DNA of 64,000 nucleotides from sequence record PP582757.1, one strand, 5' to 3'. This DNA is from Klebsiella phage vB_KM5a1-KLB31. Under the pieces are notes generated by a model. It was given only the letters and a program-made list of their open reading frames with translations. It had not been told where the DNA came from and made no database searches. The translations under genes were made by a program, and so were the position numbers. Of the stretch, positions 9,140-17,181 are shown one piece after another; within the stretch, counting starts at the first letter, position 1; every line of letters starts with the position of its first letter.

Positions 9140-9697
9140 TTAGAATAAAATAAAATCAACTTGAACGGCATCAGCACGTTTAAACATCACTTGGCTGTCA
9201 CCGAGTAGAACACTATTATCACACACTTCGTATATAGCAAGATAGTAGCCTTTGTTACGAAGCGAGTCAAAATCTTCGTCATCAAACCACTTGTAGAAAT
9301 GGCCTTCAGTTTCAAAGCCAAAGTAGAACTCTTTATGCCAACGTTTAGGCAGTTCTAATTGGTCTTCGACATTAAAATGTGTTAACATTGAAGCACATAA
9401 CTTTTTGTCTTCACCTGGAGGTGGACGATTGTATACGCCTTTAGAACCCTGGATATGACGGAAGTTGCCTTGTTCAATACCGTGAAGGTCCATCCAAAGA
9501 ATTGTGTCTTCAGAGTTATCACAACCTACCCACCCATATGGAGAACGTGGTTCTTTGTTCCATGATGGACGAGGTTCTTTTCGTGGGACAAAACCCGGTT
9601 GCATCCATTCGTTGACCGAATTTCTGTCAGACCAATCCAGAACATTAACATCTTCACGACGAGTAACGAATTTTCTTTCAACACGATAGATACGCAT
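9140..9697 (-). CDS. hypothetical protein
   Basis: 185 aa ORF preceded by hairpin-sequestered AGGAGG. Confidence 0.45.
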   Translation of the reverse strand: MRIYRVERKFVTRREDVNVLDWSDRNSVNEWMQPGFVPRKEPRPSWNKEPRSPYGWVGCDNSEDTILWMDLHGIEQGNFRHIQGSKGVYNRPPPGEDKKLCASMLTHFNVEDQLELPKRWHKEFYFGFETEGHFYKWFDDEDFDSLRNKGYYLAIYEVCDNSVLLGDSQVMFKRADAVQVDFILF

Positions 9698-9699
9698 AT

Positions 9700-9752
9700 G
9701 ACCTCCTGTAGATTAGGAGGTCATCATACCATGTTCTAAAGTTGTTGTAAAC
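9700..9752 (-). promoter_or_regulatory. early promoter E2 (GTTTAC-17-TATGAT) followed by leader hairpin GACCTCCT...AGGAGGTC containing the SD
   Basis: Minus strand GTTTAC AACAACTTTAGAACATG GTATGAT GACCTCCTAATCTACAGGAGGTCATATG. Confidence 0.55.
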
Positions 9753-10438
9753 TACCCACGGCCAACCGGCAGAGAACGTGGGTCAACTTCATCACCTTCA
9801 GGACAATCTTCAAGACCTAAAGCATAACGTTGAGCATATTTTAACATAAGAATGTCTTTAGCACAGTCATGAATTGAATCGTGTGCTACAAAGCCATCTA
9901 AGTCACCATTACGTAATGGGGTGGTGCTCAGACCGCGAACCATCGAGTATGCTTCAATAGCAGTACGGATGTCACGCTGGTTCCAGAACTTAACCGGTTC
10001 TAAAGCAAACGTATCAATCTCGTCTTCTGCAACGCCATTATAACGTTCGATATCACGAATCAAGTCAACCAAGATCGGGAAGTCAAATGACATACCACGA
10101 CACCAGGCCTGAGATTTCCATGCATCAACATCATTCTCACGACAGTAATCTAAGAACTGCTGAATACCTTCGAGAGTGGTCACATCTTCGTCAGTAGGAG
10201 CCAAGTTCTTTTTAGCTTCTTCTGATTGGTCTTTCCACCATTTAATAGTGCTCTTACCGAACAGACGTTGTCCTTTCTGAGGAGCCAGTTTGAACTTAAT
10301 ACGTTTGCCACGAGAAGCAATTGTATTAAAGCTTTCAACTTTAGTCGGGTCTGGGTCGAATGCAATAACAGCCAAGTCTATGACTGCTGCTTTGCTCACG
10401 TTACCAAACGTTTCAAAGTCAATAATTATATCTTTCAT
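9752..10438 (-). CDS. dexA: exonuclease A (DEDD 3-prime to 5-prime exonuclease)
   Basis: 228 aa. N-terminal IIDFETFG (exo I motif). Size and position (between dda and gene 39 side) match T4 DexA. Confidence 0.7.
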   Translation of the reverse strand: MKDIIIDFETFGNVSKAAVIDLAVIAFDPDPTKVESFNTIASRGKRIKFKLAPQKGQRLFGKSTIKWWKDQSEEAKKNLAPTDEDVTTLEGIQQFLDYCRENDVDAWKSQAWCRGMSFDFPILVDLIRDIERYNGVAEDEIDTFALEPVKFWNQRDIRTAIEAYSMVRGLSTTPLRNGDLDGFVAHDSIHDCAKDILMLKYAQRYALGLEDCPEGDEVDPRSLPVGRG

Positions 10439-10656
10439 AGATATTGCCCAATGTTAATACGAGACAGTTCTTCAACAAGTGAATCAGACAAAATGATGTC
10501 GGGTTCACACCCTAATTCGTCAGCAAGATTCATTGAATCTTCTACAACACCACATGCGGTATAAAGAGCGCATTGAAAATCCAGACCTTCACGGTCTGTT
10601 TTAGTGTTATAAGCATCAATAATCTTTTGTGCTGCATATTTGTTCAATCTTAACAT
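10435..10656 (-). CDS. hypothetical protein
   Basis: 73 aa ORF. Confidence 0.4.
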   Translation of the reverse strand: MLRLNKYAAQKIIDAYNTKTDREGLDFQCALYTACGVVEDSMNLADELGCEPDIILSDSLVEELSRINIGQYL

Positions 10657-10662
10657 ATTAAC

Positions 10663-12003
10663 CTACACATAATAAGCATCATGACGAGCTCGCGTGAGCC
10701 CTACGTAAGCCAGCTGACGTGCCAATTGGACTTCAGCGACGTGAATACACGGGGTATAGATGAAGCTATTGTTCACACTGATACCCTGGCTTTTATGTAT
10801 TGTACTCACAGGAAGTGCACGCACTTTAAGGAATGTACGTTTGATTTTCCAGAAGTCGTCCCAAGGCGGACGCTTGCCTGCAGCCTTCATTTCACGATAA
10901 GTCGTAGCAACCTTGGCCAGGAACATATCCATCTTTTGATATTGGTCTAATGGAAGAACTTTAATCACTTCGATTTTATATTCTTCATCAGGGTCGATTG
11001 TTTCAACTTCCAATGCCCAATAGTTAATATGCTGCTTAGTCGAAACATTACGAGCAATTAAAGGCATACTCGTAAGCATACAATCTTTAATACGAACCAT
11101 TTCGCCATTATTGAAGACGATTTCACTGAATTTCTTACCGTCAAACTCTAGCTCTTTAATAAATGGCTCTTGCATAACGATAACTTCTTCATTAATGAAT
11201 GGCACTTCGGTTTCATACAACTTACGACGAATAATGTTGTTCAGCTTTTCGACCGACTTATTCGTAAAAGCAAGCATACGAGTTTCGAACAGGTCTTCAG
11301 GAGATTTAACAACATCAAAATATTGCATCATGAAATCTTTCAGCGCAGTCGTACTTGCAAATTCATGAACGCCATGCCCATCAATAATATGATGACGCAA
11401 CCAACCACCAGTACGGATATCAGTAGCGACATCGATAATCGGTGCATTAGAACGCATTACTTCGGTCAGATGAACCTGTTTAAAACTTGGATGGGTGAAG
11501 AATGGAGAAATCTGAGGAGTCCCATCACTTCCTGGTTCTACCGGTTGAATCTGTTCGCGGTCACCAATCCCGATTAATACACACCAAGGTGGAATAGAAT
11601 TCAGAATGATTTTGAAAATCTTACCATCAAGCATTGATGCTTCATCACAAACGAGAACATTACACTTAGACATATCAGGCATTTCGCGCTGTTCAAAGAC
11701 GTCTTGGTCTTCATATGTCATTGGGTTAATTTTCAGAACACGATGAATGGTATTTGCTTCCATACCGGACATCTTTGCCAGGACCTTTTTAGCCTGGTGA
11801 GTAGGTGCGGCCAGAACAACTCCTAACACGCCATTACGTACAATATGTTGGATGATGAACTTAGTCAGGGTTGTTTTACCCGTGCCGGCTGGACCATCCA
11901 GGGTCAGTCGTTCGCCATTCCTTCGTTGAATTGCAGACGTAATAATATCAAAGGCTTCTCTTTGGCCTTTATTCAAACTTTCAAAAGTTACTTCTTGACT
12001 CAT
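10663..12003 (-). CDS. dda: Dda SF1 DNA helicase
   Basis: 446 aa. Walker A GPAGTGKTTLTKFII, DEASM (motif II); strong recalled similarity to T4 Dda throughout. Confidence 0.85.
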   Translation of the reverse strand: MSQEVTFESLNKGQREAFDIITSAIQRRNGERLTLDGPAGTGKTTLTKFIIQHIVRNGVLGVVLAAPTHQAKKVLAKMSGMEANTIHRVLKINPMTYEDQDVFEQREMPDMSKCNVLVCDEASMLDGKIFKIILNSIPPWCVLIGIGDREQIQPVEPGSDGTPQISPFFTHPSFKQVHLTEVMRSNAPIIDVATDIRTGGWLRHHIIDGHGVHEFASTTALKDFMMQYFDVVKSPEDLFETRMLAFTNKSVEKLNNIIRRKLYETEVPFINEEVIVMQEPFIKELEFDGKKFSEIVFNNGEMVRIKDCMLTSMPLIARNVSTKQHINYWALEVETIDPDEEYKIEVIKVLPLDQYQKMDMFLAKVATTYREMKAAGKRPPWDDFWKIKRTFLKVRALPVSTIHKSQGISVNNSFIYTPCIHVAEVQLARQLAYVGLTRARHDAYYV

Positions 12004-12305
12004 ACCAACTTCACCTTCTTAATGAACATGGTGTTGAACACACGAGCTTTAAACATAAACTCTTCATGACGAAGTGCACGACCTGGGAAAGTCATAGTCT
12101 TTTTCCAGAACCAAAAACCAGAAGTAACGACAGTCACTTTAGGGTTCAATTCACTATTCAATGCTTCATGCTCCTCATCAAACCAACGTTGAGCAATTTC
12201 TTTATAAGGAGTTACACAAACCATTTCATTCGGTGAATGGCGATGGAACAGAGGTAGTTCGAAGCCGTCTTTATCTTTGTAATACAAAGCATATCCGTAA
12301 TACAT
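12000..12305 (-). CDS. hypothetical protein (dda.1 position)
   Basis: 101 aa ORF. Confidence 0.4.
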   Translation of the reverse strand: MYYGYALYYKDKDGFELPLFHRHSPNEMVCVTPYKEIAQRWFDEEHEALNSELNPKVTVVTSGFWFWKKTMTFPGRALRHEEFMFKARVFNTMFIKKVKLV

Positions 12306-12315
12306 ATTTCCTCAC

Positions 12316-13026
12316 TTATTTCTGAATCATAGGTAAGCCACGCTTCAGACGTACATAGTTATGAGCATTCATATACTCAAAACGTAACAGGGCTGTAGCT
12401 ATAATACCATATTCCTGTGCAGCGTTGTTTGCCGTCTTGACTTTTGATTTAGGGTCCTCTTTGGCCTTGTTCATTTCTTTTTCGAACAAATCTAAAAGAC
12501 GAGCCGCTTCTGCAGTACCAGATTCGATACGTTTCTTCATGGTCTCAATACGAATCATCATAGGCTCATCGATAACTTTAGAAGCCTCAAGATTTCTAAG
12601 TGATTCTTTACGTCCTTCAACGTTCTTAAGAACACGCAGTCGAACATTGTGGAATTCACGAGCCTTTTTAGAAGGTTGCACAGCCCCTGGCCTATCAAGC
12701 TCTTTAACACGAGAATCCGCAATTTTACCGGCAGCCATGAGTTGTTTTAGTGATAAATCACCACGACGTAAGTTGTACTTCAACTTGACAGGAACAACAT
12801 TACCTTTAATATAGCCTTTGTCATTGTCCCAACGTTCTAATGACATTTTATCATCACCAGACCCGAAGCGTTCACCTGAATAAGCGCAATGAGTTTGAAG
12901 AAGGATATTCTCCATATAAGGGCGGTCAAGATTGAAGGCCTTATTACGCGATGATGCAGATTCACGAGTATGTTGAAGACGACGCTTAGCTTTCTTTTGG
13001 AATGGCGTTAAAGGTACAGTTGACAT
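12316..13026 (-). CDS. hypothetical protein at the T4 srd position; contains a degenerate HNH-like motif
   Basis: 236 aa; HCAYSGERFG...LERWDNDKGYIKGNVVPV resembles an HNH core with the catalytic His replaced; Lys/Arg-rich C-terminal half. Confidence 0.3.
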   Translation of the reverse strand: MSTVPLTPFQKKAKRRLQHTRESASSRNKAFNLDRPYMENILLQTHCAYSGERFGSGDDKMSLERWDNDKGYIKGNVVPVKLKYNLRRGDLSLKQLMAAGKIADSRVKELDRPGAVQPSKKAREFHNVRLRVLKNVEGRKESLRNLEASKVIDEPMMIRIETMKKRIESGTAEAARLLDLFEKEMNKAKEDPKSKVKTANNAAQEYGIIATALLRFEYMNAHNYVRLKRGLPMIQK

Positions 13027-13039
13027 TTCGTTTCTCCAT

Positions 13040-13083
13040 GTTGGTGTAGGAACATAGTATCATGGCCCTACACCTTTGTAAAC
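13040..13083 (-). promoter_or_regulatory. early promoter E3 (GTTTAC-17-TACTAT) in inverted repeat GGTGTAGG...CCTACACC; paralog of E1
   Basis: gttggtgtaggaacatagtatcatggccctacacctttgtaaac. Confidence 0.6.
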
Positions 13084-13328
13084 TACATTTTGAAAAGACC
13101 TATTGGGGCGCCAAATATAGCAATCTCAAGTGCATAGTTAGGTTGCGTTGAAGAGTAATCAGTACACTTAGGCTTTTGCTCTTCTCGAGAATTTTCTTCT
13201 TCTCTTAAGGCAATTTTGGCCTCTTCCCTTAAAGCGGTATTCTTGACATGTTCTTCTTGAAGGCTTTTTGCTTCAAGGGTACGCTCTTTATCACGAGCAC
13301 TTACTGGGATATTTGTTAACCAATTCAT
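13083..13328 (-). CDS. hypothetical protein
   Basis: 81 aa ORF. Confidence 0.4.
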   Translation of the reverse strand: MNWLTNIPVSARDKERTLEAKSLQEEHVKNTALREEAKIALREEENSREEQKPKCTDYSSTQPNYALEIAIFGAPIGLFKM

Positions 13329-13379
13329 AGTCTACCTTTCTTGCTTTTTATTTCCGTAGTGTATAATGGTTCTGAGGTT

Positions 13380-14069
13380 CTACCATTCAATCAGTTCCAA
13401 GTGGATGATAGTATAAGCCATGGCATTCGGATCGGTTTGGAACTGGTCTTTAATATGAATAATGCGGTAACGCGCTTCCGAAGGAAGCATGAACTCGCAC
13501 TCACCTGTCACCATATCTAACTTATCAGCACGTTGTTCGTCAACTTTCGCTAGACCCATATACTCTTCATCCGGGGCACCCAGAACAATGTTAATGATAT
13601 CTTCTTGATAGTTATAAGCCCAAGGACAGTTACGCATACTCAGAATGATGTTTGAATCATAATGCCAGCGCCCAGCGAACTGTTTTGCAGTAGCAAAATC
13701 TGAACTGAAGCTTGTGACGCGATCTAAAGTAAACTCATCGCCTTCGGCCAAGTCTTCAAGTTTCATACGTTCGATTCTTGACACACCACGATACAGTTCT
13801 ACAGGCACTGTAGAGTTCATATGCTTTCTGACAATAGGGTTCAGACGTTCATGAATGAAATCTTCATTCTTATCATTCATACACAACCACAAAGTGCTTT
13901 GCTCTTGGTCAGTGAACTTTGCATCAACACGTTCTTGAATATAAAGACGCTCTTTTTCTTCTTCAGCTACAGAGTCAGTATGTGCTTTAAGAACAGCCTG
14001 ATACGCAGTTTCAGGGATAGTAATCGTAATAGGATGATTTGTTTCGACATTGGTAGCTTTGACAAGCAT
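13380..14069 (-). CDS. ADP-ribosyltransferase, ModA/ModB/Alt-like (R-S-E class)
   Basis: R-S-E triad motifs: ELYRGVSR (Arg), VTSFSSDF (STS-like), TGECEFMLP (E-x-E). Start chosen at Met with GGAGG SD (track ORF extends to 14081). Confidence 0.55.
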   Translation of the reverse strand: MLVKATNVETNHPITITIPETAYQAVLKAHTDSVAEEEKERLYIQERVDAKFTDQEQSTLWLCMNDKNEDFIHERLNPIVRKHMNSTVPVELYRGVSRIERMKLEDLAEGDEFTLDRVTSFSSDFATAKQFAGRWHYDSNIILSMRNCPWAYNYQEDIINIVLGAPDEEYMGLAKVDEQRADKLDMVTGECEFMLPSEARYRIIHIKDQFQTDPNAMAYTIIHLELIEW

Positions 14070-14070
14070 G

Positions 14071-14126
14071 ATGACCTCCATTGGTTGTTGAAGGTCATCA
14101 TATCATGAGGAAAGGGTCTTGTAAAC
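14071..14126 (-). promoter_or_regulatory. early promoter E4 (GTTTAC-17-TATGAT) with leader hairpin ATGACCT...AGGTCAT sequestering GGAGG
   Basis: Minus strand GTTTAC AAGACCCTTTCCTCATG ATATGAT GACCTTCAACAACCAATGGAGGTCATCATG; same GATGACCTCC module as E2. Confidence 0.55.
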
Positions 14127-14323
14127 TACTTCCAAGGAGCCCAAGGTGGAGGATCTGAATAGATGCTAGCAATCTCTTGCAGGGCGGCGACAGGGAGACT
14201 GCCACCATGTTTCTTAATGATTATATCAAGTTCATTCATGATATCAACAGGCGGCGCTTTAGGTGGTTCAGGCTCAGGGTCTGGAATGACAAGCATATCA
14301 AACAAGTCCATTACATCCACCAC
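14126..14323 (-). CDS. hypothetical protein
   Basis: 65 aa ORF. Confidence 0.35.
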   Translation of the reverse strand: MVDVMDLFDMLVIPDPEPEPPKAPPVDIMNELDIIIKKHGGSLPVAALQEIASIYSDPPPWAPWK

Positions 14324-14820
14324 TCACGAATGAAAGGACGCGAATCACCATATGGTTGACCAGATTCAATAGTCTTACGTAACTGTTCTGATTGCTTCCA
14401 ATCTACGTAAGATAACGAAGATTCCGCCCAAAGCTTATAAGAAAAATATGATAAGTCGTCACTACATTGTACGACAAATTTCTGACTCATTGCTTTTTCT
14501 TCAGGATCATAAGCGAACCACCCAACAGCATTACCCGGGTAGATATATCCATTTTTGGATAAAGATGTCATAATACCCCAAGGGCATCCTGGCGGTAAAA
14601 CACCTGTGAAATTATGGACTAGTTCAACCATGATATCTTTAGGCAAAGGAATCTTTTTAAATTCTTGAACAAGGTCTTCGATTTTGCAATTATACCGGTC
14701 GCCTTCAACAAAGGCGATTTCATTGACAATTGCATCTTCGACCCATTCATTACCACGTTCATCAGGCTTCTTAAGCTTACGGGTAATGCGTGCTGCATAA
14801 TTGTGTACAACTGCTGCCAT
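14311..14820 (-). CDS. hypothetical protein
   Basis: 169 aa ORF. Confidence 0.45.
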   Translation of the reverse strand: MAAVVHNYAARITRKLKKPDERGNEWVEDAIVNEIAFVEGDRYNCKIEDLVQEFKKIPLPKDIMVELVHNFTGVLPPGCPWGIMTSLSKNGYIYPGNAVGWFAYDPEEKAMSQKFVVQCSDDLSYFSYKLWAESSLSYVDWKQSEQLRKTIESGQPYGDSRPFIREWWM

Positions 14821-14841
14821 AATATTTTCCTCAATTTAAAA

Positions 14842-15312
14842 TTAATCACAAGAACCAGAGAAACTGCTTGATGAATCACAGGACGAATATGAATCACTTG
14901 AACTATAACTAGGGCTTGAGTAAACTGCTGCAGCTACATAAGCCGGAGTATCATCAACATAAGTGTTGGTATTGCTCGTTGTAGATCGTTGAGACGAAAC
15001 AGAACGGGCCGGTGTACGTTGTGAGGTACGAGCGATATTCAGACCAAACGGGTCTTGTTTCTTTTTCTGATTTGCTTTTAATTTGCTTAAATTGTCTTTC
15101 AGGATTTCATCATTAGAACGCGAAGTACGAGCTTCCTGAATCAGGCGCATCTGACGTTGATATTCAGTTTCTTTGGGCTTCACAACTTCTTCAATCATAC
15201 CATCACCCATGTAGACATATTCCTTCTCTTCTTCGACGAAGGCCATTTTCTCAGGCAGAGGTTTTGAAGCAAACATATTTTTGATGAACTTGAACATAAT
15301 ATTCCTTAGCAA
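14842..15312 (-). CDS. hypothetical protein with Ser-rich C-terminal tail
   Basis: 156 aa; C-terminus SSPSYSSSDSYSSCDSSSSFSGSCD. Confidence 0.45.
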   Translation of the reverse strand: MLRNIMFKFIKNMFASKPLPEKMAFVEEEKEYVYMGDGMIEEVVKPKETEYQRQMRLIQEARTSRSNDEILKDNLSKLKANQKKKQDPFGLNIARTSQRTPARSVSSQRSTTSNTNTYVDDTPAYVAAAVYSSPSYSSSDSYSSCDSSSSFSGSCD

Positions 15313-15557
15313 ATAAAAGTAGTGAATTCGATACCATGATTAATACGAATATGTTTCATCTTTTTAGTATCATAACCTAAAGTCCAATACCGCACTTCAA
15401 GCGAAGCTTCTAGTGAAGTACCTACTTCACGATAGGCATGAACAACAACTTCAACACTAAATGTGACACAATCTCGTTGCTGTCTATACGCCGTAGCAAT
15501 CAAATCATTGATACCACCACATTCTGCTACCGGTTTACGCCATGGAGTCGTCTTCAT
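15306..15557 (-). CDS. hypothetical protein
   Basis: 83 aa ORF; start overlaps TGA of the upstream interrupted frame. Confidence 0.4.
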   Translation of the reverse strand: MKTTPWRKPVAECGGINDLIATAYRQQRDCVTFSVEVVVHAYREVGTSLEASLEVRYWTLGYDTKKMKHIRINHGIEFTTFIC

Positions 15558-15649
15558 GATTTAATCCCAAATAAGTCATCTGCCAATTTCACTGCCGCCT
15601 GGAAATCCAGGTCATCTTTCTTTTCTTTAAGCTGATTCTGAAGATGGTC

Positions 15650-15742
15650 TTAGGTCTTCTCGTTGAAATCGTTCATTGCTTTCCAGAAATCAGAAGGCTG
15701 AGAAAGCCATTTTTCAATCCAGGGTAAAGGGTTCAGTTTCAT
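15650..15742 (-). CDS. 30-aa ORF ending at an in-frame TAA; frame continues 31 more codons to 15554 (possible readthrough or nonsense-interrupted gene)
   Basis: MKLNPLPWIEKWLSQPSDFWKAMNDFNEKT* then DHLQNQLKEKKDDLDFQAAVKLADDLFGIKS* in the same frame, ending with ATGA overlap onto the next gene. Confidence 0.25.
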   Translation of the reverse strand: MKLNPLPWIEKWLSQPSDFWKAMNDFNEKT

Positions 15743-15767
15743 ATTAATTTCCTCTTTGTGTGAGGAC

Positions 15768-15793
15768 ATAATATCACCAGTCTAGAAAGCAAA
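15768..15793 (-). promoter_or_regulatory. candidate MotA-box middle promoter (TTTGCTTTCTA, 11 nt spacer, TATTAT)
   Basis: Minus strand TTTTTTGCTTTCTAGACTGGTGATATTATGTCC immediately after terminator hairpin. Confidence 0.35.
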
Positions 15794-15816
15794 AAAGGAC
15801 TCCCGAAGGAGTCCTT
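15783..15816 (-). terminator. rho-independent terminator with UUCG tetraloop (GGACUCC-UUCG-GGAGUCC plus U6) after soc
   Basis: Plus aaaaaaggactcccgaaggagtcctt. Confidence 0.6.
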
Positions 15817-15820
15817 ATAA

Positions 15821-16069
15821 TCAACCACCGCCACCACCTGAAACTGCAGTCGGGGTAAACATAGCAGCATTCTTGGTCGCCCAATCTGCGGCATCAGTCA
15901 CAACCGTTGCATAAGCAGCTACTGCTGATGGGAAAGTCTGATAGTGAGCACCAGAAATACGATGCGCATCTGCGTAGATTCCAAATGGAACTGAAACTTC
16001 TACGCCTTTAACTTCGAAACCTTCACCCGCAGGATGAGTAAAGGTTTTGATATTAACGAAACCACCCAT
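15821..16069 (-). CDS. soc: small outer capsid protein Soc
   Basis: 82 aa; FVNIKTF and RISGAHYQTFPSAVAAY match recalled T4 Soc (YVNIKTF, KISGAHYQTFPS). Confidence 0.8.
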   Translation of the reverse strand: MGGFVNIKTFTHPAGEGFEVKGVEVSVPFGIYADAHRISGAHYQTFPSAVAAYATVVTDAADWATKNAAMFTPTAVSGGGGG

Positions 16070-16099
16070 AATAAACTCCTTTATTGTTGATTACAGGTG

Positions 16100-16107
16100 T
16101 ATTTATA
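16100..16107 (-). promoter_or_regulatory. T4 late promoter TATAAATA upstream of soc
   Basis: Plus tatttata; minus reads GATATAAATACACC about 31 nt before the soc ATG. Confidence 0.55.
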
Positions 16108-16635
16108 TCAGTAGCCTCGGTCTTGACGAGCGAAGTTCTCAGCATTTTTCAGATGATACAGCTTGTATATTTCTTCTGCGTCCATGCCAAGAGCCATGAA
16201 CTTATTCAAGAAGAAGTGCAGCTGATCGATGAGTTCGAATTTAATTTCAAGCTGGTCTTCAGGAGACAGGTCTTTAATTTTCTTGGCCTGCATTTCAGCA
16301 TGCTGAGCTTTCCAAGGTTTCCAGATAGCCGATGCAGCTTTTTCGCCGTTGCTCATACCGCCTAATGCAGTATAAAGTTCACGAGTTTCATCGCCAATAT
16401 AATCATCGTTAGCACGCAGCCAAGCCAATACTTCACCAGCTGTTTCCAGTGAATCAGGATGACGATTATGCTCAGGCTTATCTTTAGCCAGACGAATCTG
16501 CAGAGATTTCTGCATATCAAGCATTGCCTGCAGTGGGTCTTCATTGCCACGCAACATACCGTAATAACGACCAGTAGCATGGTCAAGAGCAGCTTTATCT
16601 TTTACTAATTGAGAACATTCATTAAAATGAGCCAT
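16108..16635 (-). CDS. 56: dCTPase/dUTPase (dCTP pyrophosphatase, MazG-like), gene 56
   Basis: Start at MAHFNEC. Matches to recalled T4 gp56: DPLQAMLDMQ, LETAGEV, SPEDQLEIKFEL, NFARQDRGY. Confidence 0.85.
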   Translation of the reverse strand: MAHFNECSQLVKDKAALDHATGRYYGMLRGNEDPLQAMLDMQKSLQIRLAKDKPEHNRHPDSLETAGEVLAWLRANDDYIGDETRELYTALGGMSNGEKAASAIWKPWKAQHAEMQAKKIKDLSPEDQLEIKFELIDQLHFFLNKFMALGMDAEEIYKLYHLKNAENFARQDRGY

Positions 16636-16671
16636 TTTATTTCCTTTCAATTCAAACGTAGAATAATTATA

Positions 16672-16965
16672 TCATTTTGTAGATGGAGCAACAAATCCTA
16701 ACTGTTCAGAAATCTTGCGGAATCGTTCCATCTTTTCATATTTCTTCCAGACAGCTTCACGATCTTCGACAAAATCAAAATCAGTTTCAACACGAAGATT
16801 CAAAAGACAACCCATGATATCATTCAATTCTTCAGTAAGGCGCTGTCGATTAGTCTTGCCTTCATATTCAGAGTCAAGTCCGAACTGCATGATTTTAGAA
16901 CAAAGCATTGCTACTTCGTTACACTCTTCACCCAGTTTCAGGAAAGCATGTTGTTCTTGGTTCAT
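16672..16965 (-). CDS. hypothetical protein, possibly a small MazG-like NTP pyrophosphohydrolase
   Basis: 97 aa. LKLGEECNEVAMLCSKI resembles the MazG EExxE helix; weak. Confidence 0.35.
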   Translation of the reverse strand: MNQEQHAFLKLGEECNEVAMLCSKIMQFGLDSEYEGKTNRQRLTEELNDIMGCLLNLRVETDFDFVEDREAVWKKYEKMERFRKISEQLGFVAPSTK

Positions 16966-16972
16966 ATTTCAC

Positions 16973-16980
16973 CATAAATA
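16973..16980 (+). promoter_or_regulatory. late-promoter-like box CATAAATA on the plus strand upstream of a small membrane ORF
   Basis: accATAAATAagtttGGAGGataacATG. Confidence 0.25.
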
Positions 16981-16995
16981 AGTTTGGAGGATAAC

Positions 16996-17181
16996 ATGAC
17001 TAAGAAACCATTATTCAGATTGAATAACCACAAGAAGAAAGTGGTAATAGTTTCTGTAGGGGTACTTGTTGTATTGTGGAATTTTATCATAATCCCAGTA
17101 GCAGCATCCAATGGCCTGGTTCTTCCACCAGTAACCATTGAACACCTTAGAACTGCTGCAACTTTGATGCTTGGATTCTAA
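16996..17181 (+). CDS. plus-strand small membrane protein (61 aa, one TM helix); 3-prime end convergently overlaps gene 61
   Basis: GGAGG SD 5 nt before ATG. MTKKPLFRLNNHKKKVVIVSVGVLVVLWNFIIIPVAAS has a basic N-terminus plus hydrophobic helix. Confidence 0.35.
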   Translation: MTKKPLFRLNNHKKKVVIVSVGVLVVLWNFIIIPVAASNGLVLPPVTIEHLRTAATLMLGF

